The notes below the pieces were generated by a model. That model did no database searches and had not been told where the DNA came from. It was given only the letters and a program-made list of their open reading frames with translations. The position numbers were made by a program, and so were the translations under genes. From Candidatus Eiseniibacteriota bacterium (GTDB lineage: Bacteria; Eisenbacteria; RBG-16-71-46; JABDJR01), in NCBI GenBank assembly GCA_963783375.1, contig CAWANH010000003.1:224001-288000 (forward strand): a stretch of 64,000 bases of DNA, written 5' to 3'. Every line of letters begins with the position of its first letter. The stretch's first letter is position 1. Below are positions 10,467-18,829 of this stretch, one piece after another.

Positions 10467-10836
10467 CGTGCTACCTCCATCGTTGCAAGACACTAGAGTT
10501 GAGCGCATCGAGTGATGGATTTGCCATCCCATTTGGGCCTCGGTCCTCTGAACTTCCCCGACCGTCTCCCGGCGAAGCGCTTGCCGCCACCTTTCCCTCG
10601 ATCCCGGCCCGGCGGCCGGGGTCCAGGTTCCGGCGCTCTCTCCGTCCTTCGTCGTTCCTGGGCCTCGAGAAAGCAAAGCCTTTCTGGAAGCGGGAACCTT
10701 TCGATGGATCGGGCGGTTCAAGCAGCGACAAGGAACACGTACGCTAGACGCACGGGAACGCTTCGCCTTGGATGGGAAGGTCCCAGACCTCAGCTCTAAC
10801 GTTCCCTGGAGTAGCAGGGAGTAGGTACCGAACCCG
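10467..10836 (-). promoter_or_regulatory. ~370-nt putative structured 5' leader
   Basis: Lies between a consensus promoter and the ATG. Nested long-range complementarities: 10807-10816 with 10469-10479, and 10789-10798 with 10494-10503. Local hairpins are also present. Confidence 0.5.
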
Positions 10837-10841
10837 AAAAA

Positions 10842-10870
10842 AGTATAGCAACGGTCCTCCCTGATGTCAA
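10842..10870 (-). promoter_or_regulatory. Strong sigma70 promoter
   Basis: TTGACA-N17-TATACT with TGn extended -10. Confidence 0.8.
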
Positions 10871-11669
10871 GCGAGCCCTGCTCTATCCGAAAGCAGAGCA
10901 TGAACCTGCGCGATGTGCACCCCCTCGGGAGGACATCCTCCGAGCCCTCCTCCCCCCCTCCCGACAGGGCTTTCAAGGAGATCCAAAGTTTTTGTGAAGG
11001 CCGTTCTGTAAGGGATAGAAGAGCTTCCATGTCCGGTCGACCGAGTACGGCTCCGAGCGACCCGGTCGCGACCGCGACGCCGGCGGCCAGCACCACGACC
11101 CACGGATCGAGACCCGAGTACGCCTCGAATCGGTGGGTCGCGACCCAGATCGCGCCGACCCGGTTCCGAACCCGGTCCTTCAGGATTTCGAGAAGCCCTC
11201 TCTCCCCCTCGCGGTCGAGACCCGCCTCGGGTTCGTCGAGAGCCCAGTTGGAACGGCCGGAGAGGAGCAGGAGCCCGAGGGCGAGGCGGCGCCGTTCCCC
11301 GGCGGAGAGGGCCCGCGACCGCCGGGAGAGCGGAGTTCCCTCCAGACCGACCCGGGCCAGGATCCGGCGGAGCTCGGCCCGCCGCCCCCGCCCCGGCCGG
11401 ACCTGCCCGCAGAGATCCTCGGCCAGGTTGCGCCCGGCCAGGGCCCGTTCCGGGAGCTGGGGAAGGTAGGCGGCGTCGCCTCCCCCCCTTTCGATCCGCC
11501 CCGCGTCGGGCCGAATCGCCCCCCCGAGGATCCGCAGCAGGGTGGTCTTGCCCGAACCGGTCGGGCCCAGCACGAGCCAGGGACGATCATCGGGCCCTTC
11601 GAGGTCCACGGGGCCCAGAACGAAGCCTCCCGGACCGGGGTGGCGATAGGTGAGTCCCCGGAGGATCAC
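10867..11669 (-). CDS. ECF/ABC transporter ATPase (EcfA'-like), apparent frameshift near the 3' end
   Basis: GTG overlaps the upstream TGA. Walker A GPTGSGKT, LSAGERRR, ALDEP, ATH. One extra G in a G-run (10920-10924 or 10952-10958) gives a natural end ...VHIAQVHALLSDRAGLA* at 10867. Confidence 0.75.
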
Positions 11670-12514
11670 GGCTCGGCCTCCGCGGTCACCCGCTCGGCCA
11701 TGGCCTCGGCGGTCCATCCCGTCCCCGGCAAACGCCAGCCGAGGGAGCGCAGCTTCCCTTCCAGCCAGAGTCCCAGCGGGGGGGCCACCGTCTCGGGAAG
11801 CCGGGCGGCCAGCGCCCGGGCCGGAACATCCCACACCCGGAGCCGCCCGTCCTCCAGCACCCCCACCCGGTCCGCCTCCAGCGCAGCCTCCCCGTCGTGG
11901 GTGGCCAGGAGGACCGCACCGATCTTCCCTTCCCGAACCCGGGCGGTGATCTTCCGCCAGTGGACGAGCCCGGCTCCGGGGCCCAGGTAGAGGAAGGGGT
12001 CGTCGAGAAGAATGAGGGGCGGATCGAGCACCCAGGCCGCGGCCAGAAGGCAGAGCTGCTGCTCTCCCGCCGAGAGACGGAGAGGGTCGCGCCCGGCCAG
12101 GGCGGTGAGGCCGAACTCGGCGAGAGCCGCGTCGCGGCGGTCTTGAAGCTCCCGGCCACCGAGGCCGAGGTTCTCCAGGGCGAACTCCAGCTCTCCGGCC
12201 ACCGTCCCCCCCACGAACTGGGACTCGGGGTCTTCCAGGATCAGCGCCACCCGGCGGGGGTCGAATCCGCCTCCGTCGGGGTGCAGGACCCGTCCCGCCC
12301 GCGGCGCCCAGAGCCCGGCCGCGGTGCGGAGCAACGTGCTCTTTCCGGCGCCGTTTCCCCCCAGGAGCACTCCGATCTCCCCTCGCCGGAGCCGAAGGCT
12401 CACCCCCTGGATCACCGGTTCGCGCGCCCCGGGAGGCCCCGCGGCCACGTTTTCGAGATCGAGCAGCGGAGGGTCCTCGGAAGGGGGAGCGGCTTTCACC
12501 GGGTCTTCCGCCAT
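11666..12514 (-). CDS. ECF transporter ATPase (EcfA/CbiO-like)
   Basis: GGNGAGKS, EDPESQFVGGTVAGELEFALENLG (ECF-type Q-helix region), LSAGEQQ, LLDDP, ATHD. Confidence 0.85.
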   Translation of the reverse strand: MAEDPVKAAPPSEDPPLLDLENVAAGPPGAREPVIQGVSLRLRRGEIGVLLGGNGAGKSTLLRTAAGLWAPRAGRVLHPDGGGFDPRRVALILEDPESQFVGGTVAGELEFALENLGLGGRELQDRRDAALAEFGLTALAGRDPLRLSAGEQQLCLLAAAWVLDPPLILLDDPFLYLGPGAGLVHWRKITARVREGKIGAVLLATHDGEAALEADRVGVLEDGRLRVWDVPARALAARLPETVAPPLGLWLEGKLRSLGWRLPGTGWTAEAMAERVTAEAEP

Positions 12515-13755
12515 GCCTCCTCCACCTCGCGGCGCAGCTCCGCGGGAGGAATCCCCCGTCGCCGCGCCGCCGCGGCCAGGTCCTCGAACTCCACGTGCGG
12601 GCGCTCGCCCCCGCCGGGAAGGAGCGCCACCTTCACCCGGATCTCCCCTTCGGCGAGACGCACGCGGTCCACCCGGCGCGGAAGCGCCACCCGCTCCTCC
12701 ACCCGCCAGCGCGCTCCGAGGGAGGGGGATTCCCGCACCACCCTCGATGCGAACCCGGGGCCCGCCTCCGCCGGCGCGATCACCCGGAGCAGGAACCCGG
12801 GACGGCTCTTCTTCATGAGGAGGGGGCTCAGAGTCACGTCCAGGGCCCCGGCGTCGAAGAGAACCTGCATCAGGTGCCCGGCGTCTTCGGGGGTCAAGTC
12901 GTCGAGGGACGCCTCGACCACCGCCACCCGCTCCGCGCCCACGGGACCCGCGTCCGCGGTTCCCACGGTGAGCCGGGCCAGATTGGGCCGCCCCGCAGGG
13001 TCCCGCCCCCCGGCGCCGTAGCCGCTTCGCTCCGGTCGCATCACCAGCCCCCCCGGGAGCGGCTCGGCCAGGGCGGCCAGGAGCGCGGCCCCGGTGGGCG
13101 TGGTCAGCTCCCCCGCTCCCGCCTCGAACCGAAGCTCCCGTCCGGCCAGGATCTCCAGGGTGGCCGGCGCGGGGACGGGGAGCGTCCCGTGAGCCGCCGC
13201 CACCGTGCCCCCCCCCACCGCCACCGGCCCGTGGTAGAGGCGGTCGAGCCCGAGGCTCGCCAGTCCCGCCGCGGTCCCCACCACGTCGGCCACCGCGTCC
13301 CACGAGCCGACCTCGTGGAAGTGGACCTGGTCGGGCACGGTGCCGTGCAGCCGCGCCTCCGCCTCGCCCAGGAGCGCGAACGCCCGGAGCGCCCCCTCCT
13401 GGACCGGCGGATCGAGCTCCGCTCCGGTGAGCGCGGCCACGATCTCACGGTAGGGGCGATGGCCGTGGCCACCGTGGCCGTGCGGGTGCCGGTGTTCGCC
13501 CGCCGGGGCCCCGGCGCCGGCGTCACCGGGGCCGCCGGTCTCGATGAGCGCCTCACCGTCGAGAAGCACCTCCACCCGCACCCCGCGAAGCCCCCCGCGG
13601 AGCGTTTCGCTCCGGCGGAGGGTCAGCCGCTCCCCGCCCACCTCGCCCACCGCCCGGGTCATGGCCTCGAAGGAGGCCCCGGCATCCACCAACGCTCCCA
13701 GGAACATGTCGCCGGAGATTCCGGACGGGAGGTCGAGGAGCCCGATCCGCATCAA
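12496..13755 (-). CDS. larC: Nickel-pincer cofactor nickel insertase LarC
   Basis: SGISGDMFLGAL, His-rich HRHPHGHGGHGH, VHFHEVG, HGTLPVPAPAT, ELTTPTG, MKKSRPG, EFED. Confidence 0.93.
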   Translation of the reverse strand: MMRIGLLDLPSGISGDMFLGALVDAGASFEAMTRAVGEVGGERLTLRRSETLRGGLRGVRVEVLLDGEALIETGGPGDAGAGAPAGEHRHPHGHGGHGHRPYREIVAALTGAELDPPVQEGALRAFALLGEAEARLHGTVPDQVHFHEVGSWDAVADVVGTAAGLASLGLDRLYHGPVAVGGGTVAAAHGTLPVPAPATLEILAGRELRFEAGAGELTTPTGAALLAALAEPLPGGLVMRPERSGYGAGGRDPAGRPNLARLTVGTADAGPVGAERVAVVEASLDDLTPEDAGHLMQVLFDAGALDVTLSPLLMKKSRPGFLLRVIAPAEAGPGFASRVVRESPSLGARWRVEERVALPRRVDRVRLAEGEIRVKVALLPGGGERPHVEFEDLAAAARRRGIPPAELRREVEEAWRKTR

Positions 13756-14546
13756 CCGCTCTCCCCGCCCGCTTCGGTTCGCGGGTCCGAGGATCCGGCG
13801 GCCAGCCGGGCGATCAGGGCGGCGGCATAGCCCGCGGAGAAGCCGTTGTCGATGTTGACCACGGTGACCCCGGCCGAGCAGGAGTTGAGCATGCCCAGGA
13901 GCGGAGCCAACCCGCCGAAGTGGGCGCCGTAGCCCACGCTGGTGGGGACCGCGATCACCGGTCGATCGGTGAGCCCGCCCACCACCGAGGGAAGCGCGCC
14001 CTCCATGCCCGCCACCACCACCAGGGCCGCGGCTTCGCGGAGGAGGGCCTGGTGGACCAGCACCCGGTGGAGCCCGGCCACCCCCACGTCGCGGAGCCGC
14101 TTCACCGGGGCCCCCAGCGCGGTGGCGGTCCAGGCCGCCTCTTCGGCCACCGGAAAATCCGAGGTCCCGGCGGAGATCACCGCCACCGTCGCCGCCGGAG
14201 GCGGCGCCTCGCTTCCCGGTCGGTGGAAAACCCGTCCCTCGGCGGAGTGGGCCCCGTCAGGGAAGCGCTCGCGAAGGGCGGCGGCGGCCTCGGGGGCGAG
14301 CCGGGTGGCCAGGAGCGGCTCCCCCGCCGCAACGATCCGCTCCGCGATCGCGGTGATCTGCTCCACCGTCTTTCCCTGGCCGAAGATCACCTCCGGGAAG
14401 CCGCAACGGATCCCGCGCTGGTGATCCACGGTCGCTTCCGGGGTGGCATCGGCGGGAAAGCCGCGCAGGGACTCGTAGGCCGCGCCGGAGCTGAGCGCTC
14501 CGCGGGCCACATCGTCCAGGATCCGACGCAGGCGTTCGGGGGTCAC
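13752..14546 (-). CDS. larB: Nickel-pincer cofactor carboxylase/hydrolase LarB (PurE-like)
   Basis: GFPEVIFGQGK, AGTSD, DVGVAGLHR, AGMEGALPS, PTSVGYG, LNSC, VNIDNG. Confidence 0.95.
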   Translation of the reverse strand: MTPERLRRILDDVARGALSSGAAYESLRGFPADATPEATVDHQRGIRCGFPEVIFGQGKTVEQITAIAERIVAAGEPLLATRLAPEAAAALRERFPDGAHSAEGRVFHRPGSEAPPPAATVAVISAGTSDFPVAEEAAWTATALGAPVKRLRDVGVAGLHRVLVHQALLREAAALVVVAGMEGALPSVVGGLTDRPVIAVPTSVGYGAHFGGLAPLLGMLNSCSAGVTVVNIDNGFSAGYAAALIARLAAGSSDPRTEAGGESG

Positions 14547-14568
14547 GCGGAAAGGCCCCGGGCGGCGG

Positions 14569-15591
14569 TCACGCTGCCTCTCCGGAGGCGAGGGGAACCG
14601 GTTCGGCGCCGGCGTCCCCCAGCGACGAACGATATTCCTCGAGGAGGGCCACCAGCCGGTCGAGATCCGATTCCCGGAAGAGGAGCGGGCGGACCTTGGC
14701 CGCGTGGGGAAAGCCGCGGACGTAGCAGGCCAGGGTCTTCCGCATCTCCAAAAGCCCCTTGGGGAGGCCTTTCCGGGCCACGCTTCGCCGCAGGTGCTCG
14801 ATGGCCAGGCCGATCACCTCGACGCGCGCGGGCCGGGGTATCTCGATCCCGTCCTCGAGGAGGGCGCGGGCCTCGCGGAAGATCCAGGGGTTCCCCACCG
14901 CTCCGCGCCCCACCAGGACGCCGGCGCACCCGGTCTCCTCCAGCATGCGCCGGGCGTCACCGGCGGTTCGAACGTCGCCGTTCCCGATCACCGGGATGGA
15001 AACCGCGCGGACGAGGCGGGCGATGTCGTTCCAGTTGGCCTTTCCCTCGAACCGTTCGGAGCGGGTGCGGGCGTGGATGGCCACCGCGGCCACTCCGGCC
15101 CGCTCCAGGATCTCGCCGGTGATTTCAATGTCGGACGAATTTCTATCCCAACCGCTCCTGATCTTCGCGGTCACCGGGGTGGGGGCCGCCCCTTCCACCA
15201 CCGCCCGGGCCAGATCGGCCAGGAGCGGCTTGTTGCGAAGGAGCGCCGCTCCCGCTTCCTTCGTGACCACCTTGGGGACCGGGCAGCCCATGTTGATGTC
15301 GATGAAGTCGGGGCCCAGGTCGCGGAGGATCGAGGCCGCTTCCCCCATCGAACCGGGATCGGAGCCGAAGAGCTGCATGCCCAGGGGCCGCTCGTTCTCC
15401 TCGTAGTCCAGGTAGCGGTTGGTCCGCTCCGAGCCCCGCACCATGCCTTCGCTCGAGACCAGCTCGGTCACCACGAAGGCCGCCCCGTGCTCGCGGCACA
15501 GGCCGCGGAACACCGGCTCGGTGAAGCCGGCCATGGGGGCCAGCCCCACCCGGCCGTCGATGCGGAGGGTTCCGATGTTCAGTTCCTGCAT
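14569..15591 (-). CDS. dusB: tRNA-dihydrouridine synthase B
   Basis: LAPMAG, QLFG, DINMGCP, KIRSGW, IHART, IGNGD, GRGAVGNPW. Confidence 0.93.
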   Translation of the reverse strand: MQELNIGTLRIDGRVGLAPMAGFTEPVFRGLCREHGAAFVVTELVSSEGMVRGSERTNRYLDYEENERPLGMQLFGSDPGSMGEAASILRDLGPDFIDINMGCPVPKVVTKEAGAALLRNKPLLADLARAVVEGAAPTPVTAKIRSGWDRNSSDIEITGEILERAGVAAVAIHARTRSERFEGKANWNDIARLVRAVSIPVIGNGDVRTAGDARRMLEETGCAGVLVGRGAVGNPWIFREARALLEDGIEIPRPARVEVIGLAIEHLRRSVARKGLPKGLLEMRKTLACYVRGFPHAAKVRPLLFRESDLDRLVALLEEYRSSLGDAGAEPVPLASGEAA

Positions 15592-15725
15592 GATCCTCTT
15601 CTCACGTCGGCCCGGGGCCGGAACGGCGGCCGTGCCCTGACCGCCGGACGGAGCGATCCCGGGAGGCGAAACGGAAGAAGTCTACCACCTCGCCCGCCCG
15701 GTCCCACGGCCCCGGGCGGCGGAAG

Positions 15726-16424
15726 TCAGCCGAGGCCGCCGTCCGCGCGGCGGCGGCCCACCCACTCCGCCGTCGCCTCCCGGATCCGGAGCGACACCTC
15801 GGGCTTGGGGGCGGAGGCGTCGATCACCAGGAAGCGCTCCGGCTCCGCCCCGGCCAGGCGCAGGTAGACCGAGCGCACCGCCTGGTGGAACTCGCGGGTC
15901 TCCCGATCGAACCGGGTGTAGGCGCCCCCCTCCCGCCCGCGCTTGCCGACCCGGGCCAGGGCCTCCTCCACCGAGAGGTCGAGGAGCACGGTGAAGTCGG
16001 GGGCGATCCCCGTGGTGGCGAGCGCGTTGGCCGAGGCCACCACCTCCACCCCCAGTCCCCGCCCACCGCCCTGGTAGGCCAGGCTCGCGTCCGCGAACCG
16101 GTCGCAGATCACGATCTCCCCCCGGTCCAGGCGGGGGAGAATGAAGGTCTGTAGATGCTGGGCCCGGGAGGCCAGGAGCATGAACAGCTCGGCTTCGGGA
16201 ACCGGGGGCTCGCCCTCGGTGCCGAGCAGGAGCTTCCGGAGCGCCTCCCCCAGAGGAGTGCCCCCCGGCTCGCGGGTGACGGTCACCACCTCGCCCGCCG
16301 CTTCCAGCTCGGCCTTGAGCATCCGGGCATGGGTGGTCTTTCCGCTTCCTTCCACCCCTTCCAGGGTGAGGAAGAACCCCCGGGGGCTCCCGCCGGACGT
16401 CCGCGCGCGTTCCAGGGACCGCAT
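15726..16424 (-). CDS. tmk: Thymidylate kinase
   Basis: EGVEGSGKTT, TREPGGT, CDRFADASLAYQG. Start coupled (TGATG) to the upstream gene. Confidence 0.93.
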   Translation of the reverse strand: MRSLERARTSGGSPRGFFLTLEGVEGSGKTTHARMLKAELEAAGEVVTVTREPGGTPLGEALRKLLLGTEGEPPVPEAELFMLLASRAQHLQTFILPRLDRGEIVICDRFADASLAYQGGGRGLGVEVVASANALATTGIAPDFTVLLDLSVEEALARVGKRGREGGAYTRFDRETREFHQAVRSVYLRLAGAEPERFLVIDASAPKPEVSLRIREATAEWVGRRRADGGLG

Positions 16425-17011
16425 CAGGAGGCCCGGGTGGCCCCCTGCACGTGATGGAAGCGCTGGAGCGCGGTCCAGTACACGAGGGGGGTGAGAATCC
16501 ATAGGGCGATTTTCATGCCCAATGGGCCGAAAATAGCGGCCACCAGGAGGAGCACCATCCTCTCGGGTCGCTCCATGATCCCCACGTTGCACTCGATTCC
16601 CAGGCCCTCGGACCGGGCCCGGGTATAGCTCACCATGAAGGAGCCGCCGGTGGCCAGGAAGGTGAGGAGCGCATAGAGGACCGAGCCCTCCGCGTGGGTG
16701 AAGTAGACCAGGAGGCCGGCGAAGAAGAAGAGTTCCGCGTAGCGGTCGGCGGTGGAATCCAGGAACGCCCCGAAGGGACTGGACCGGCCGCTATCCCGGG
16801 CCACCGCGCCGTCCAGCATGTCGCACAGCCCGCCGAAGAGAAGCGCCCCGGCGGCGAGCCGGAACCGGCCGTAGGCCAGGAACACCCCCGCCGCGGCCAT
16901 GGCCAGAAGCCCGACCACCGTGATGTGATTGGGAGAGATCCCCACGTTGGCCAGGAATCGCGCGACCGGAGCCACCGCCCGCCGACCCCCGTCCTTCACC
17001 GCCGTCTTCAC
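16424..17011 (-). CDS. CDP-alcohol phosphatidyltransferase (PIP/PGP-synthase-like)
   Basis: SPNHIT, DMLDGAVAR...GAFLDSTADR signature, VSYTRARSEGLG...ERPER. Confidence 0.9.
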   Translation of the reverse strand: MKTAVKDGGRRAVAPVARFLANVGISPNHITVVGLLAMAAAGVFLAYGRFRLAAGALLFGGLCDMLDGAVARDSGRSSPFGAFLDSTADRYAELFFFAGLLVYFTHAEGSVLYALLTFLATGGSFMVSYTRARSEGLGIECNVGIMERPERMVLLLVAAIFGPLGMKIALWILTPLVYWTALQRFHHVQGATRAS

Positions 17012-18054
17012 GCGCGCCCCCCCTTTCCCCCGCCAAGCGTCTTCCGGAGCGCGGCGATCGCCCGCCCGGTCCCCGCGTCGTCCACGTCCAGATGGGTGAC
17101 CAGCCGGATGCGGGTCGCCCCGAACCCCGCGGCCAGAACCCCCTCCGCGGCCAGAGCCTCCACCACCTCCGCCTGCTCCCGCCCGGTCTCCCGGAGCTCG
17201 GCGATCACGATGTTCGTCTCCACCGGAAGCGTTTCCACCCCGGGAAGCTCGGCCAGCGCGGCGCCGATCCGCGCCGCCCGGGCGTGGTCCTCGGTCAGGC
17301 GATCGCGATGATGAAGGAGGGCATGAAGCGCTCCGGCGGCGATGATCCCGACCTGGCGCATCCCGCCCCCCAGCCGCTTCCGCAGAAGACGAGCCCGGTG
17401 GATCCGCTCCGCGGTGGACGCCACCGCCGACCCCACCGGGGCCCCCAATCCCTTCGAGAAGCACACGGACACGGTGTCGGCGGATCGGGCCAGATCGGCG
17501 GGATCGAGCCCTCCGGCCGCCGCCGCATTCCAGAGCCGGGCCCCGTCCAGGTGTACGGCGAGCCCGGCCTCCCGGGCGGCCCCCGCAACGGCATGGAGTT
17601 GCTCCGGCGGCCAGACCGCGCCTCCGGCCCGGTTGTGGGTGTTTTCGAGGGCCACCGCCCGAAGCGGGGCGAAGTGGTCGTTCGGGGGACGCACCGCGGC
17701 GGCGACGTCGGAGGCGGCGAGAACGCCCCGGCGGCCCACGACCGGTCGCAGGGTGATCCCCCACAACGCCGAGGCCGCTCCCCCCTCGTAGTTCAGGACG
17801 TGGGAGCCCTCCTCCACCAGCACCTCGGTCCCCGGGCCGGCCACCAGCGCCATGGAGATCTGGTTGGCCATGGTTCCGGAGGGAACGTAGAGCGCCGCTT
17901 CCTTCCCCAGGATCCCGGCGACCGTTTCCTCCAACCGTTTCACGGTGGGGTCATCGCCGAAAACATCGTCCCCGACTTCGGCCTCGGCCATGGCCCGGCG
18001 CATGTCCGGGCTGGGCCGGGTCACCGTGTCGCTTCGCAAATCGACCGCGGTCAT
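17008..18054 (-). CDS. ltaE: Low-specificity L-threonine aldolase (PLP)
   Basis: DLRSDTVT, PSGTMANQ, ENTHN, HLDGAR, CFSKGLGAP, GGGMRQ. Confidence 0.92.
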   Translation of the reverse strand: MTAVDLRSDTVTRPSPDMRRAMAEAEVGDDVFGDDPTVKRLEETVAGILGKEAALYVPSGTMANQISMALVAGPGTEVLVEEGSHVLNYEGGAASALWGITLRPVVGRRGVLAASDVAAAVRPPNDHFAPLRAVALENTHNRAGGAVWPPEQLHAVAGAAREAGLAVHLDGARLWNAAAAGGLDPADLARSADTVSVCFSKGLGAPVGSAVASTAERIHRARLLRKRLGGGMRQVGIIAAGALHALLHHRDRLTEDHARAARIGAALAELPGVETLPVETNIVIAELRETGREQAEVVEALAAEGVLAAGFGATRIRLVTHLDVDDAGTGRAIAALRKTLGGGKGGRA

Positions 18055-18176
18055 GATGTTGTCCGTCAGGGCGGCGGATACCCGAAGGGCGGCCGTCGCG
18101 AAGGGTGACCACGGGTGCGGAGCCGGGACCGGCGTTTCCTCCGGCCGGCGGCGCCCCGGTGTCACGAGGTAGCGAG

Positions 18177-18228
18177 AAAAAGGGACGAACCGCCCCGCCC
18201 GAAACGGGCGGGGGACCGGATTCGTCCC
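18177..18228 (-). terminator. Intrinsic terminator after hup
   Basis: Long GC stem (GGGACGAA...CCCCGCCCG/CGGGCGGGG...TTCGTCCC) followed by TTTTT on the minus strand. Confidence 0.75.
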
Positions 18229-18251
18229 CGATCCAAAGGCCGGTGGTTCGG

Positions 18252-18584
18252 TTAAGCGGAGGGAGGGTGGGTACCGGCCGCCGGCTCGCCGCTCTCGGCG
18301 GCGGGGGCGAGCGACGCCACACGGTCCTTGAGTTCCTTGGAGACCTTGAAGACCGGGACCTTCCTCGGCGGCACGTGCACCGCTTCTCCCGTCCGCGGGT
18401 TTCGCGCGGTGCGAGGCTTGCGATCCTTCACCTTGAACGTGCCGAACCCGCGGATTTCTATGTGCTTGCCCGCCACCAGGGCCCGAGACACCGCTTCCAG
18501 AAACTCGTCCACCGTGTCGGCGACGTCTTTCTTGGTCAAGCCGGTGCGCTGGGCGATTTCATCCACGAGATCTGCCTTGGTCAT
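18252..18584 (-). CDS. hup: HU/IHF family DNA-binding protein
   Basis: MTKADLV...IRGFGTF...ARNPRTGE...PVFK; GGAGG SD. Confidence 0.93.
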   Translation of the reverse strand: MTKADLVDEIAQRTGLTKKDVADTVDEFLEAVSRALVAGKHIEIRGFGTFKVKDRKPRTARNPRTGEAVHVPPRKVPVFKVSKELKDRVASLAPAAESGEPAAGTHPPSA

Positions 18585-18686
18585 GAGGTACCTCCCCGGG
18601 CCCCCGTCTAGGCGGGGCACCAAGTCGCGGCGAAGGAGAACCGGCCCAGTACTCGCCGGACCCCCTTCGCAGACGTATCTGTCGGA

Positions 18687-18715
18687 AACCTACACGGTTA
18701 ACCGTCTTCTGTCAA
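18687..18715 (-). promoter_or_regulatory. Putative sigma70 promoter of hup with a palindromic spacer
   Basis: TTGACA-N17-TAGGTT. The spacer contains the perfect palindrome ACGGTTAACCGT (18694-18705). Confidence 0.6.
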
Positions 18716-18829
18716 ACACGAGCGCCGGATAGCGGTCCGGATGGGGAAATGGTGCCCGGACCCTCCGGACCGGACTCTAGAGGAGCCTAACTTGGCCCGT
18801 CAACAAGAGTTCGGTCGACCGTGCCCGAA

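Noticed and set aside
10467-10836. c-di-GMP, cobalamin or other known riboswitch in the long leader
   Set aside because: No recognisable consensus, such as GCAAA...GAAA...GACGCAAA, by eye. Kept only as an unknown structured leader.
7128-11834. 1568-aa ABC-ATPase/secreted-protein fusion in the ORF track
   Set aside because: It contains an internal consensus promoter, SD and signal peptide, and the linker is not protein-like. Better explained as two genes plus a one-base frameshift.
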